Source of the DNA: Chitinophagaceae bacterium
GTDB lineage: Bacteria > Bacteroidota > Bacteroidia > Chitinophagales > Chitinophagaceae
DNA: 64,000 bases
Direction of reading: 5' to 3'
Assembly: GCA_027489035.1 (NCBI GenBank)
Contig: JAIYAN010000013.1
Coordinates: forward strand, 4,141 to 68,140
Shown: positions 41,864-49,569 of the stretch, one piece after another
Numbering within the stretch: the first letter of the stretch is position 1
Layout: each line of letters starts with the position of its first letter
The notes under the pieces: generated by a model
Databases searched by the model: none
The model's input: the letters and a program-made list of their open reading frames with translations, nothing else
Told to the model about the DNA's origin: nothing
Translations under genes and position numbers: made by a program

Positions 41864-42343
41864 ATGAAAAAACGTAAAATAATATTTATAACATTTTTAC
41901 TACTTGTTTTAGGGTTGGTTGTTTATTACTTTTATCCAGAGCAGCATATAAAAGACGGGCAAAAAGCGGATAAAATTGTTGTTAATAAAGCTGCTCACGA
42001 ACTTCTGCTTTATTACAAGGATGAACTTGTTGCTTCTTATTCGGTTTCGCTAAGTAAAAATGGGCTTGGTAAAAAAACAATGAAAGGCGATAACCTCACA
42101 CCTGAGGGTAGTTTTAAAGCAAAAAAAGGACTTAAAACTAAATTCCATAAAGCAATTGGCGTTGGAGAGTGGGAAGATTGTTGCGTCGTTAGAATACACG
42201 GACTCGGAGAACAATTTGGTTGGGTTGGAAAATTCCACCGTTGGGTAGATTTGTCGGAAGGATGTATTGTTCTTACCAATAATGAAATTGATGAAGTGTA
42301 TAAAGCAACAGTAGTAGGCACAAAGATTGAAATCAACCCTTAA
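41864..42343 (+). CDS. L,D-transpeptidase (YkuD) family protein
   Basis: KIVVNKAAHELLLY, GDNLTPEG, IHG...SEGCIVL (His/Cys). Confidence 0.85.
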   Translation: MKKRKIIFITFLLLVLGLVVYYFYPEQHIKDGQKADKIVVNKAAHELLLYYKDELVASYSVSLSKNGLGKKTMKGDNLTPEGSFKAKKGLKTKFHKAIGVGEWEDCCVVRIHGLGEQFGWVGKFHRWVDLSEGCIVLTNNEIDEVYKATVVGTKIEINP

Positions 42344-42362
42344 CAAAACTGATATAATAAAT

Positions 42363-42471
42363 GCTGCCTTTAACAACACAATTACAATAGGCGGCGGTTC
42401 AGTGCTCCGCATCAATATTTGTAGTGAAAATCACCACCTTCGCCTACGCGCTGAACGACGTTATGGGAAAG
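42363..42471 (+). mobile_element. attC-like palindrome 3
   Basis: GCCTTTAAC ... TAGGCGGCGG / CCACCTTCGCCTA ... CGTTATGGG; interior is a shortened version of palindromes 1 and 7. Confidence 0.6.
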
Positions 42472-42527
42472 TTTAAACGTCATAGTGGTTAAAAGCAGGC
42501 TGACCACCTAAAGTGACAAACAAAAAT

Positions 42528-42588
42528 ACTGGAGTCAAGAAAACCACTTTAAAACAGCGAGGATTCCGAAAATCGACAAGAGTAGGAA
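42528..42588 (+). ncRNA. Cassette-leader structured RNA, copy D
   Basis: UGG/CCA hairpin; CGA..UUCC-GAAAA-UCG..G-AGUA-GGAA; 22 nt before ATG 42611. Confidence 0.7.
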
Positions 42589-42610
42589 ACACTTTAAAAT
42601 AAAATAAAAA

Positions 42611-43063
42611 ATGGCACAGGAAATGTATAAACATGATGCATTGCTTCACTTATTGTGGGCAGTTGCAAATGCAGATACTACATCAGATGATCAAAAATAT
42701 GGTGATGCAGTATCCAGTTTAGAAGATGAGTATTATGAAAAGGTTAAAAAGGCAGAAGGAATTGATATTTCCTTTTCAGAAATTGCTGATAAGCGCAAAG
42801 CGTTAAGAAATAGCATTGGATCTGATGGAATCATTAACGAAGCACTGAAGGCTACAAATGGTTGTAGCAAAGAATGGAAAGCGAAAGTAATTGTTTATAT
42901 GATTAAGATGTCTAATAGATCATGGGGCGGTGATTATCTATCGAATGGCGAAAAAATTAATATCTCTGATAGTGAATTTGAAATTATCAAAAAGGCTAGA
43001 AAATACTTAGGTTTAACTGAAGAAGAAGAACAAAAAGGTTGGGACTTAATAAAAGGCTCATAA
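42611..43063 (+). CDS. TerB-like protein
   Basis: LLWAVANAD...LEDE and ISDSEFEIIKKARKYLGL. Confidence 0.6.
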   Translation: MAQEMYKHDALLHLLWAVANADTTSDDQKYGDAVSSLEDEYYEKVKKAEGIDISFSEIADKRKALRNSIGSDGIINEALKATNGCSKEWKAKVIVYMIKMSNRSWGGDYLSNGEKINISDSEFEIIKKARKYLGLTEEEEQKGWDLIKGS

Positions 43064-43193
43064 CAACGCATAAGCAATAGCAGGGCGGAAGTGCTTCATT
43101 GAACTTCTGCCCTTTTTTGTAATTTGTAACTTGTGTTAAGCTTTGGTGCTTTTAAGCCCGCCCATCACAAATCTGCAAACCTTTATGGGCAAG
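43055..43193 (+). mobile_element. attC-like palindrome 4
   Basis: GGCTCATAAC overlaps the stop codon; GGGCGG/GCCC arms; ends CTTTATGGGCAAG. Confidence 0.6.
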
Positions 43194-43257
43194 TTTAAAA
43201 AATAAAAAGGTCTGCGAAACCATAGGGCTGACCACCAAAAGCGACAGAACATAAAAA

Positions 43258-43318
43258 AGTGGAGACCAGAATCCACTCAAAAAAACGGGGCGAAATCCGA
43301 AAAGCTAAACGAGTAGGA
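43258..43318 (+). ncRNA. Cassette-leader structured RNA, copy E
   Basis: AGUGG/CCACU hairpin; GGC..UCC-GAAAA-GCU..G-AGUA-GGA; 18 nt before ATG 43337. Confidence 0.72.
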
Positions 43319-43336
43319 AATAAAAAAAGTAAAAAA

Positions 43337-43588
43337 ATGGCAAACTTCACTTACAAATGTGTTCCTGTTCCTGACGTAATTAATACAGGGAAAACAGGAA
43401 AAGACTTACACTCATACGCTGTAACTTCTTATGAAAAAATTATCAACGATGCTTCCTCGGGCGGTTGGGAACTTGTAAATATTGACACAGTAACTTCTGT
43501 TCAAAGACCAGGTTGTTTAGCAGGTCTATTTGGTGCAAAAGCTCAATCCGTAACGTTTAAACTGTTAGTGTTCAAGAAGACTGTGTAA
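43337..43588 (+). CDS. DUF4177-like small protein
   Basis: True start ATG 43337 (the ORF-track start 43259 reads through the RNA element); FTYKCV...IINDASSGGWELV...LLVFKK. Confidence 0.7.
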   Translation: MANFTYKCVPVPDVINTGKTGKDLHSYAVTSYEKIINDASSGGWELVNIDTVTSVQRPGCLAGLFGAKAQSVTFKLLVFKKTV

Positions 43589-43603
43589 CCAATAAAATTC
43601 TGT

Positions 43604-43629
43604 AAGAAGGAGGGTTCTCCCTCCTTCTT
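43604..43629. terminator. Strong GC-rich hairpin between the DUF4177-like and YidD-like genes
   Basis: AAGAAGGAGGG-TTCT-CCCTCCTTCTT, perfect 11-bp stem, no long U-tract. Confidence 0.55.
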
Positions 43630-43645
43630 ATTAAACAAATGAAGA

Positions 43646-43849
43646 ATGAAAAAAATCCTTATTCTGATTGCACACCTGTATCAAAAAACTGCACCTAAAA
43701 GAATTAGAAACTCTTGTAGATTTGAGCCATCATGTTCGGAGTATATGATTTTGTCATTAAACAAATATGGAGTATGGAAAGGTTTGTCAAAAGGGTTAGG
43801 AAGGTTAAAAAGGTGTAAAATTCCAAATGGAGGAATTGATTATCCTTAA
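43646..43849 (+). CDS. YidD-like (membrane protein insertion efficiency / haemolytic domain) paralogue
   Basis: LYQKTAP..SCRFEPSCSEYMILSLNKYG..GLGRLKRC....GGIDYP. Confidence 0.85.
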   Translation: MKKILILIAHLYQKTAPKRIRNSCRFEPSCSEYMILSLNKYGVWKGLSKGLGRLKRCKIPNGGIDYP

Positions 43850-43976
43850 ATTTTTTGAAATACTGCTACATGCAGTCAAAGTAAAACTTCTAAAGTAATA
43901 ATAAATAAACCGATATTAATAATGTGCAGGCTAAACGGTTCAAAGCATGCTTATCACCTAAAGTAACATACAAAAA

Positions 43977-44037
43977 AGTTGAGACAAGAAAACAACTCAA
44001 AAAACAAGGAGCAATCTGAAAATCCATAAGAGTAAGA
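43977..44037 (+). ncRNA. Cassette-leader structured RNA, copy F
   Basis: AGUUG/CAACU hairpin; GGA..UCU-GAAAA-UCC..G-AGUA-AGA (compensatory UCU/AGA); 20 nt before ATG 44058. Confidence 0.72.
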
Positions 44038-44057
44038 ATAAATTTAAAATCAAAGAA

Positions 44058-44540
44058 ATGAAAAATGTAAAAAGTACTTTGTTATTATCTTATTTATGCC
44101 TGATACTATTATCAAGTTGCAGTGAGAATTACTCAAATGGCGAAAGAATTGGAGTAATAACCCAATTTTCAGAAACAGGTTTAATTTGGAAAAGTTGGGA
44201 AGGTCATTTAAACGTAACTCAAACAGGCATGAATAGTAGTGTACCTTTCGATTTTTCAATTGACAATGATAATCCAGACGAAGAAATAATCAAAAGACTT
44301 GATTCAGCAACTCAATATGGTTGGAAAGTAAAATTAGTTTACCATGAAACTGCTGGTAAAAATTGGTTTAGTAACCGAGGCGAAACAAACCATTTTATTA
44401 CAAAAGTAGAAGTGCTTGAAAAGAATTTTGGAAATGCATTTAACGGAAATCAACAACAGAAAAATTCAGGGAAAGTTATTGATACAATTTATGTAGTTAT
44501 TACTCCCGACAATCCTGATTATAAAAAATTCTTTAAATAA
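44058..44540 (+). CDS. Hypothetical lipoprotein
   Basis: Lipobox LSSC; YSNGERIGVITQFSETGLIWKSWEGHL. Confidence 0.75.
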   Translation: MKNVKSTLLLSYLCLILLSSCSENYSNGERIGVITQFSETGLIWKSWEGHLNVTQTGMNSSVPFDFSIDNDNPDEEIIKRLDSATQYGWKVKLVYHETAGKNWFSNRGETNHFITKVEVLEKNFGNAFNGNQQQKNSGKVIDTIYVVITPDNPDYKKFFK

Positions 44541-44747
44541 AAAATGATAAAAAACGCTCAATAAAATTCGTTACAAGAAATTGGCTGTTCGGTACTTTTT
44601 ATGATCATTTTTTGTTTAACAAACATTCATTCTTCGTAAGAATATACAAGTGATGATGAATAAGTTTTAATTCAGATAAAAAAATAAACGAGTCACCAAG
44701 CGAAAAATTTTCCTACTTAAGTTTTTTTAATATATTTATAAAAAATA

Positions 44748-44806
44748 AGTGGAGTCCAGAAACCACTTTAAAAACGGGGCGAAACCGAAAAGCCTTAAGA
44801 GTAGGA
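44748..44806 (+). ncRNA. Cassette-leader structured RNA, copy G
   Basis: AGUGG/CCACU; GGC..ACC-GAAAA-GCC..G-AGUA-GGA; 18 nt before ATG 44825. Confidence 0.72.
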
Positions 44807-44824
44807 AAATAAAAAATTAATAAA

Positions 44825-44938
44825 ATGGCAAAATCACAAACAAAAAGCGTAACAGGTTCTAAAACCACTACAAAAACAGTTACAAAAGCAGGAAAGGCAG
44901 ATAAGCGCACTAAACTAGGTGGTGCAAAGAAGAAATAA
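44825..44938 (+). CDS. 37-aa Lys/Thr-rich basic peptide
   Basis: Manual translation MAKSQTKSVTGSKTTTKTVTKAGKADKRTKLGGAKKK; sits at the standard distance behind RNA copy G. Confidence 0.6.
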   Translation: MAKSQTKSVTGSKTTTKTVTKAGKADKRTKLGGAKKK

Positions 44939-44958
44939 ATGAAATCAGCAAATTTCAA

Positions 44959-45017
44959 AGTGGAGTCCAGAAACCACTCAAAAAACGGGGCGAAACCGAA
45001 AAGCCTTAAGAGTAGGA
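44959..45017 (+). ncRNA. Cassette-leader structured RNA, copy H
   Basis: Near-identical to copy G; 18 nt before ATG 45036. Confidence 0.72.
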
Positions 45018-45035
45018 AAACAAAATTTTTATAAA

Positions 45036-45668
45036 ATGAAAAAATCAAGAATTATTATCCTCGTTATCCTAATCATTATTGTTGCTATTGGTTATTGCTA
45101 TTTACTTTACAAAACATGGAATATTTTTGGCTTCTGGACATTGATGTGTACTGCTTTAATTTCAATTATTTCAACGTCCTTTCTTGGTAATTTAGTTGGT
45201 TCCAGGACTGAAAACAATGGAGTAATTATGTATAATCCAAAAGAATGGCCCAAATTTTTAAATATGTTGGTTTCACTTGCAATTGGCTATTATTTATTTA
45301 CAAAAATTGATAATCCAAGCATCTCAAGTTATGACTATATATTTGGATTAACATATCTTATACTGTTATCATTAATACCAATATTAATTTCCATTTTTAA
45401 ATTAATTAGAGACCGAAACGATTATATTTCAATAGATGGTGATAGTTTAAAGTACAAGGATAATGATGAAACAGGTGAATTTAAATTTGCAGATATCGCA
45501 ACTGCTGAAATATCTAATGGAATTAAACTAAACTTTAAAGATGATACAACATTGACGATAAAAACAGGCAACATGAATTTTAACGCAAAAGATTTATCAA
45601 ATGCATTTAGTGACATCGTAGCAAGACTACCGGAGGTTAAAATGGAAGATACATCAAATTCAAATTAA
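45036..45668 (+). CDS. Hypothetical membrane protein with a C-terminal PH-like beta domain
   Basis: Four hydrophobic segments followed by RNDYISIDGDSLKYKD. Confidence 0.7.
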   Translation: MKKSRIIILVILIIIVAIGYCYLLYKTWNIFGFWTLMCTALISIISTSFLGNLVGSRTENNGVIMYNPKEWPKFLNMLVSLAIGYYLFTKIDNPSISSYDYIFGLTYLILLSLIPILISIFKLIRDRNDYISIDGDSLKYKDNDETGEFKFADIATAEISNGIKLNFKDDTTLTIKTGNMNFNAKDLSNAFSDIVARLPEVKMEDTSNSN

Positions 45669-45806
45669 TAAATTCAAAAGGCGTTTGATAACTCAATATT
45701 TTTCCAAATATAGAATCAAGAAAAAAATTGTATAAAAATTATTTTTTAAAAAAGGAGTATTCTAAAATTACAAATAAATAAAAAACAGTAAATTAAAATT
45801 AATAAA

Positions 45807-46211
45807 ATGGCAAGAGAAATAACAACAACAGGATCTAAAAAAGTATCTACGTTAATGAAAGAGTTTAACGAACATTTTCCATATTTACGCTTGAGACTTT
45901 ATAATCCTGAGGTAAAAAAAGCGATTTCTGAAGGTGTTAAATCTCTCACGGAGTTTAGAGTTGATATTGAAAAAACGTTATCTGAGGTTCGTACAAAAAA
46001 AGGTGCTGGAACTGCTTCATTTACAGGAAGTAAAAACGTAGGAACAGTCGAAAAAGAGTTTGAAAATATTTTTGGGTTATTTGCTCAAATTTGTTTTACA
46101 AGTGCTGATGGTGGAATGTTTGCTTCTACGGGGGCGGATGACAAGAAATCATTAACTGAATTAAACAGAGAAAAAGCTGCGGCAGGTTGTTTGAAAGATC
46201 AATGGAAATAA
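45807..46211 (+). CDS. Hypothetical protein with two internally similar halves
   Basis: TGSKKVSTLMKEFNEHFPYL vs TGSKNVGTVEKEFENIFGL. Confidence 0.7.
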   Translation: MAREITTTGSKKVSTLMKEFNEHFPYLRLRLYNPEVKKAISEGVKSLTEFRVDIEKTLSEVRTKKGAGTASFTGSKNVGTVEKEFENIFGLFAQICFTSADGGMFASTGADDKKSLTELNREKAAAGCLKDQWK

Positions 46212-46215
46212 CAAT

Positions 46216-46320
46216 ATTGTAACATCGTATTAGCAATATTAGGGCAAAAGTACTTCATTGAACTTTTGCCCTTTTTTTATTTGTTCTAGTTAAAAACTTT
46301 GGTATTTTTAAAAAATGTAA
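46216..46320 (+). mobile_element. attC-like palindrome 5 (degenerate)
   Basis: Shares AGGGC..AAGT.CTTCATTGAACTT.TGCCCTTTTT with palindrome 4. Confidence 0.5.
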
Positions 46321-46406
46321 TAGTCAATATTCAGTGCTTTAAAGGATATTGAATAAAAGAAAATAATTTTCTTAAACAAATAATACTAATAATTAAATTT
46401 ACATTA

Positions 46407-47159
46407 ATGAAAAAGAGTATAAAAAACAACACAAATGATAAGTATAAGTCACATTTAATCGACAAAAACATCTTTTGGGGTTTACCATTTACCTTTTTTG
46501 CTTTCTTTTTGATTGTAATTTTATCTATTAATCAATCTACTTCAATAGATTCATCTGGAGCAGAAGTTGTACAAAACACAGCTTTTTTTGCTTTGTATAA
46601 AGTTCTTTTATCTTCAGGCTTTTCGATGCTTCTCATTGGTTTTGTTTTAAATTCTACAAGTGTTTTACCCATAGATATTTATGAAAAAAACAATTCATCA
46701 TACCTTTTCACCAATCATACCTTTATTATAATTATTAAAATTATTATTATAATTATCGGTTTGATTTTATTTGTTTTATCATCCATGTTTGAACCTGGAA
46801 GTAAAACACCATTATCGTTCTGGGATTTTTTTTTCATTTCTATTTGTATTCTTTTTACTATGTATTTTATTAAGAAACTAATTCAAAATAGAGGCGATTA
46901 CGTATTAATTGAAAATGAGAAATTAGCATGGTTTGATGATAAAAATAATGCTGTTAATGAAATCAAATTTTCTGAAATCAAATCATACAAAAAAATTTTA
47001 GAAAATACATCTAGGTCTCCTCAAATTGTAGGTATTTTAATTGTTTCAACTTTTGAGAAAGAGTTAAAAATAGATTTTGGAAACATGAGTCTCATACCTC
47101 AAAGTGGGTTTATTTTTAATGTGATTTTAGAAAAAATTCCACAAGCATATATTGATTAA
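46407..47159 (+). CDS. Hypothetical membrane protein
   Basis: Four TM segments; C-terminal RGDYVLIENEKL domain resembles that of 45036..45668. Confidence 0.65.
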   Translation: MKKSIKNNTNDKYKSHLIDKNIFWGLPFTFFAFFLIVILSINQSTSIDSSGAEVVQNTAFFALYKVLLSSGFSMLLIGFVLNSTSVLPIDIYEKNNSSYLFTNHTFIIIIKIIIIIIGLILFVLSSMFEPGSKTPLSFWDFFFISICILFTMYFIKKLIQNRGDYVLIENEKLAWFDDKNNAVNEIKFSEIKSYKKILENTSRSPQIVGILIVSTFEKELKIDFGNMSLIPQSGFIFNVILEKIPQAYID

Positions 47160-47285
47160 AAGATAAAATTAAAAACAGATAGAAACACATAATTTGTAAG
47201 CTCAAATAATTACTCAAGTTTAAACCTTAATACACCTTAGAAAGCCGAAAATTCATTTTATAATAGTCACAAAAAAATATACAAT

Positions 47286-48488
47286 ATGGCAGAAATAATT
47301 TCATGGACACTAGTAATAATGACAGGTGTATTTGTATCTTATTGGTTAATTACTTATTTGTTTCTTAAACTTGGCTTTTACTTTAATGTTGGTTTTGGAA
47401 CAATAGAGTTTTTCAGAATTTTCCTAAAGCCTCTTTTTTTAATTAATTTCTCTTGGTTCCTATTAATAGAAATTGTTTTTTCTTTAGTTTATTGGACATC
47501 ATTCCTTCTTTTAAAGATAATACCATTTTTATCTCCGATTTTTCTTTTTGTTAATGGATTTCATGCTCAAGAGCCCGCATTTTTTACTTGGTTATTCTAT
47601 TCTTTAATTATTTATTGCTTGGTGATGGCTCCTTATTTTCTTTTGCAATATAAGTTGAGCTATTATTTTAAAAGAACAATATTTACCAAGTTATCATCTT
47701 CATTAAATGCACAAAAATCAAATTTTATAGGACAATCTGGTGGTGTAGCAATTGACCAAAACGTGCTCACACAGATTGTTGCTAAAGAACAAAACCTCAA
47801 AGATTGGGTTACACAATCATTGCAAGATTTCTCAACATCGAAAGGAAATGAAGATAAACGATTTTCAATTCAAATGACCTCAACAGATCATATGTCGTGG
47901 GAGATGAATAAAATTAAAGCAAACTTTTTTGAAGCTTTTATAAAATTTGAAGGCGATGAAAAATATACTGTTGAAGATGGTGTGCCTAAATACAAAACCA
48001 CACTTTCAAAAGAACTCTTTGATGGAATTGTGATTTTTGTAGAAAATGCATTTGAAGACACATGGAAACCAACAGTATTCGAAGCTGAGCGATTGTTTAA
48101 CGAAAAAGAGAAAAAGAATAGAACCATACATAAGCAAAACTTTTTCATTAGACTATATGATCAGTTAGTTTTTAAAACAATGGCAACAAAAAAACTTGCC
48201 GCTTATGATAATACTACTTTGCAACAATATATTACTCCTGAAATACTTAATGTAAAAACCGATTCTTTATTTCAATATATTGTTTGTGATAAAAAGAATC
48301 TCTACCTATTCATTCATACCGATTTAGAAAATACCGCTTTTGACCTTAATATGAATATTCCAGTAAAAACTAGCATGGAATTGTTTAAACAAGATCTATC
48401 ATTAGTTCATTCTGCAATTGGAGAAATCCAAATAATATTGAAATTTCTTGAGGAGAATAATTTTAAATATACCGGGCAAGTGGCATAG
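47286..48488 (+). CDS. Membrane protein with a large soluble C-terminal domain (DUF3137-like)
   Basis: N-terminal TM bundle; FFEAFIKF...LFDGIVIFV...FE...F pattern. Confidence 0.55.
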   Translation: MAEIISWTLVIMTGVFVSYWLITYLFLKLGFYFNVGFGTIEFFRIFLKPLFLINFSWFLLIEIVFSLVYWTSFLLLKIIPFLSPIFLFVNGFHAQEPAFFTWLFYSLIIYCLVMAPYFLLQYKLSYYFKRTIFTKLSSSLNAQKSNFIGQSGGVAIDQNVLTQIVAKEQNLKDWVTQSLQDFSTSKGNEDKRFSIQMTSTDHMSWEMNKIKANFFEAFIKFEGDEKYTVEDGVPKYKTTLSKELFDGIVIFVENAFEDTWKPTVFEAERLFNEKEKKNRTIHKQNFFIRLYDQLVFKTMATKKLAAYDNTTLQQYITPEILNVKTDSLFQYIVCDKKNLYLFIHTDLENTAFDLNMNIPVKTSMELFKQDLSLVHSAIGEIQIILKFLEENNFKYTGQVA

Positions 48489-48672
48489 ATAAAAACTATA
48501 TTTATTTTTGATCAAATTGATTCTTTAATCACTTTGAACGCTACAAAATAGATTAGCCCAAAAAACAACCAAGAATTTTTTTATAATTTGTTTTTTAATA
48601 TATTTACTTTTTAATGGTGACGATAAAAAAGCACTTTTAAAACTAGTGCGAAATCAAAAAAATTAGAGAAAA

Positions 48673-48936
48673 ATGGAAATCAACGAAAAAAAACTTAAAG
48701 AAACCGCTGAAGACATTGTTGAAGCAATAGCTGCGCTTAGTCTCGGTAAAGAGCCGAATTTTCTTTCAAATAGTGTTTATAAATCTATCGCAACGCATAC
48801 TAATTTTCAACAGATCAAACAATTGGTAATAGATTATTTACAAACTTTTGATGGAAAATTAGAAACTACAGAAGAATTGAAGGACTTAAATGATTTTCGT
48901 TTCAAAATTGTTGAATTATACTCAAAACCAATATAA
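48673..48936 (+). CDS. Hypothetical protein
   Basis: 87-aa acidic helical ORF. Confidence 0.55.
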   Translation: MEINEKKLKETAEDIVEAIAALSLGKEPNFLSNSVYKSIATHTNFQQIKQLVIDYLQTFDGKLETTEELKDLNDFRFKIVELYSKPI

Positions 48937-48972
48937 TTAATCATCTTCATTATTTTTGAATCCATTTAGCTG

Positions 48973-49554
48973 ATGAAAAAAATTAAAATAATTTACAAAA
49001 AAACGATTCCAGTTTGGGGCTGTATCGCGATGCTTTTCTTGTTTCTTGCCTCATGTAATAAACCTGTGGAAGAGGAAAATCCTGTTGAAAAGGTAATTAA
49101 GATAAAAGACCTCAATCAGCTGGGTACTGTAGAATTTAAAGTTTCAAAAATAATACCGGCTTCTGATGATTTAAACTGGTATAAAATAGGTAATCGCAAA
49201 ATTTTATTCTCATGCGAAGCTGTTATCAAAGCTGGGATTGACTTCAGTAAGTTAAAAAAAGAAGATATTTCAATAGAAAATAAGTTGGTTAGTTTGAAGC
49301 TGCCCAAAGCTGAAATTATCTACATTAAGATTGATCACAACAACATAAAAGAAGAATACAAAAATATCGATTGGAACAGGTCTGATTTCACCAATAAGGA
49401 GAAGGATGAACTATTGGTGCTTGGTGAAAAAAGCATTAAAGAAGCTATTCCATCAATGGGCATTGTTGCCGCTGCAGAAAGCAACGCTAAATTGTTTCTT
49501 AGTGCTTATTTAAAAGCGAGTGGTTTTAAAGATGTAAGCGTACAATTTTATTAG
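48973..49554 (+). CDS. DUF4230-family lipoprotein
   Basis: Lipobox LASC; IKAGIDFSKL...LKLPKAEI...AAESNAKLFL..GF. Confidence 0.8.
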   Translation: MKKIKIIYKKTIPVWGCIAMLFLFLASCNKPVEEENPVEKVIKIKDLNQLGTVEFKVSKIIPASDDLNWYKIGNRKILFSCEAVIKAGIDFSKLKKEDISIENKLVSLKLPKAEIIYIKIDHNNIKEEYKNIDWNRSDFTNKEKDELLVLGEKSIKEAIPSMGIVAAAESNAKLFLSAYLKASGFKDVSVQFY

Positions 49555-49569
49555 AAATAAATAAAAATC

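Noticed and set aside
43259-43336. 26-aa N-terminal extension of the DUF4177-like ORF given in the ORF track
   Set aside because: The GTG start reads through RNA copy E; ATG 43337 has the standard spacing and an A-rich context.
39646-45017. RNA element as hammerhead, twister or pistol ribozyme, or a 5S rRNA fragment
   Set aside because: It lacks the CUGANGA/GAAAC hammerhead core and twister/pistol signatures. GAGUAGG and CCGAA resemble 5S rRNA words, but the surrounding helices, size and context do not match. An Rfam search is still needed.
44713-45048. 111-aa - strand ORF spanning RNA copies G and H
   Set aside because: It is antisense to the repeated elements and the 37-aa ORF; its internal repeat merely mirrors the duplicated element.
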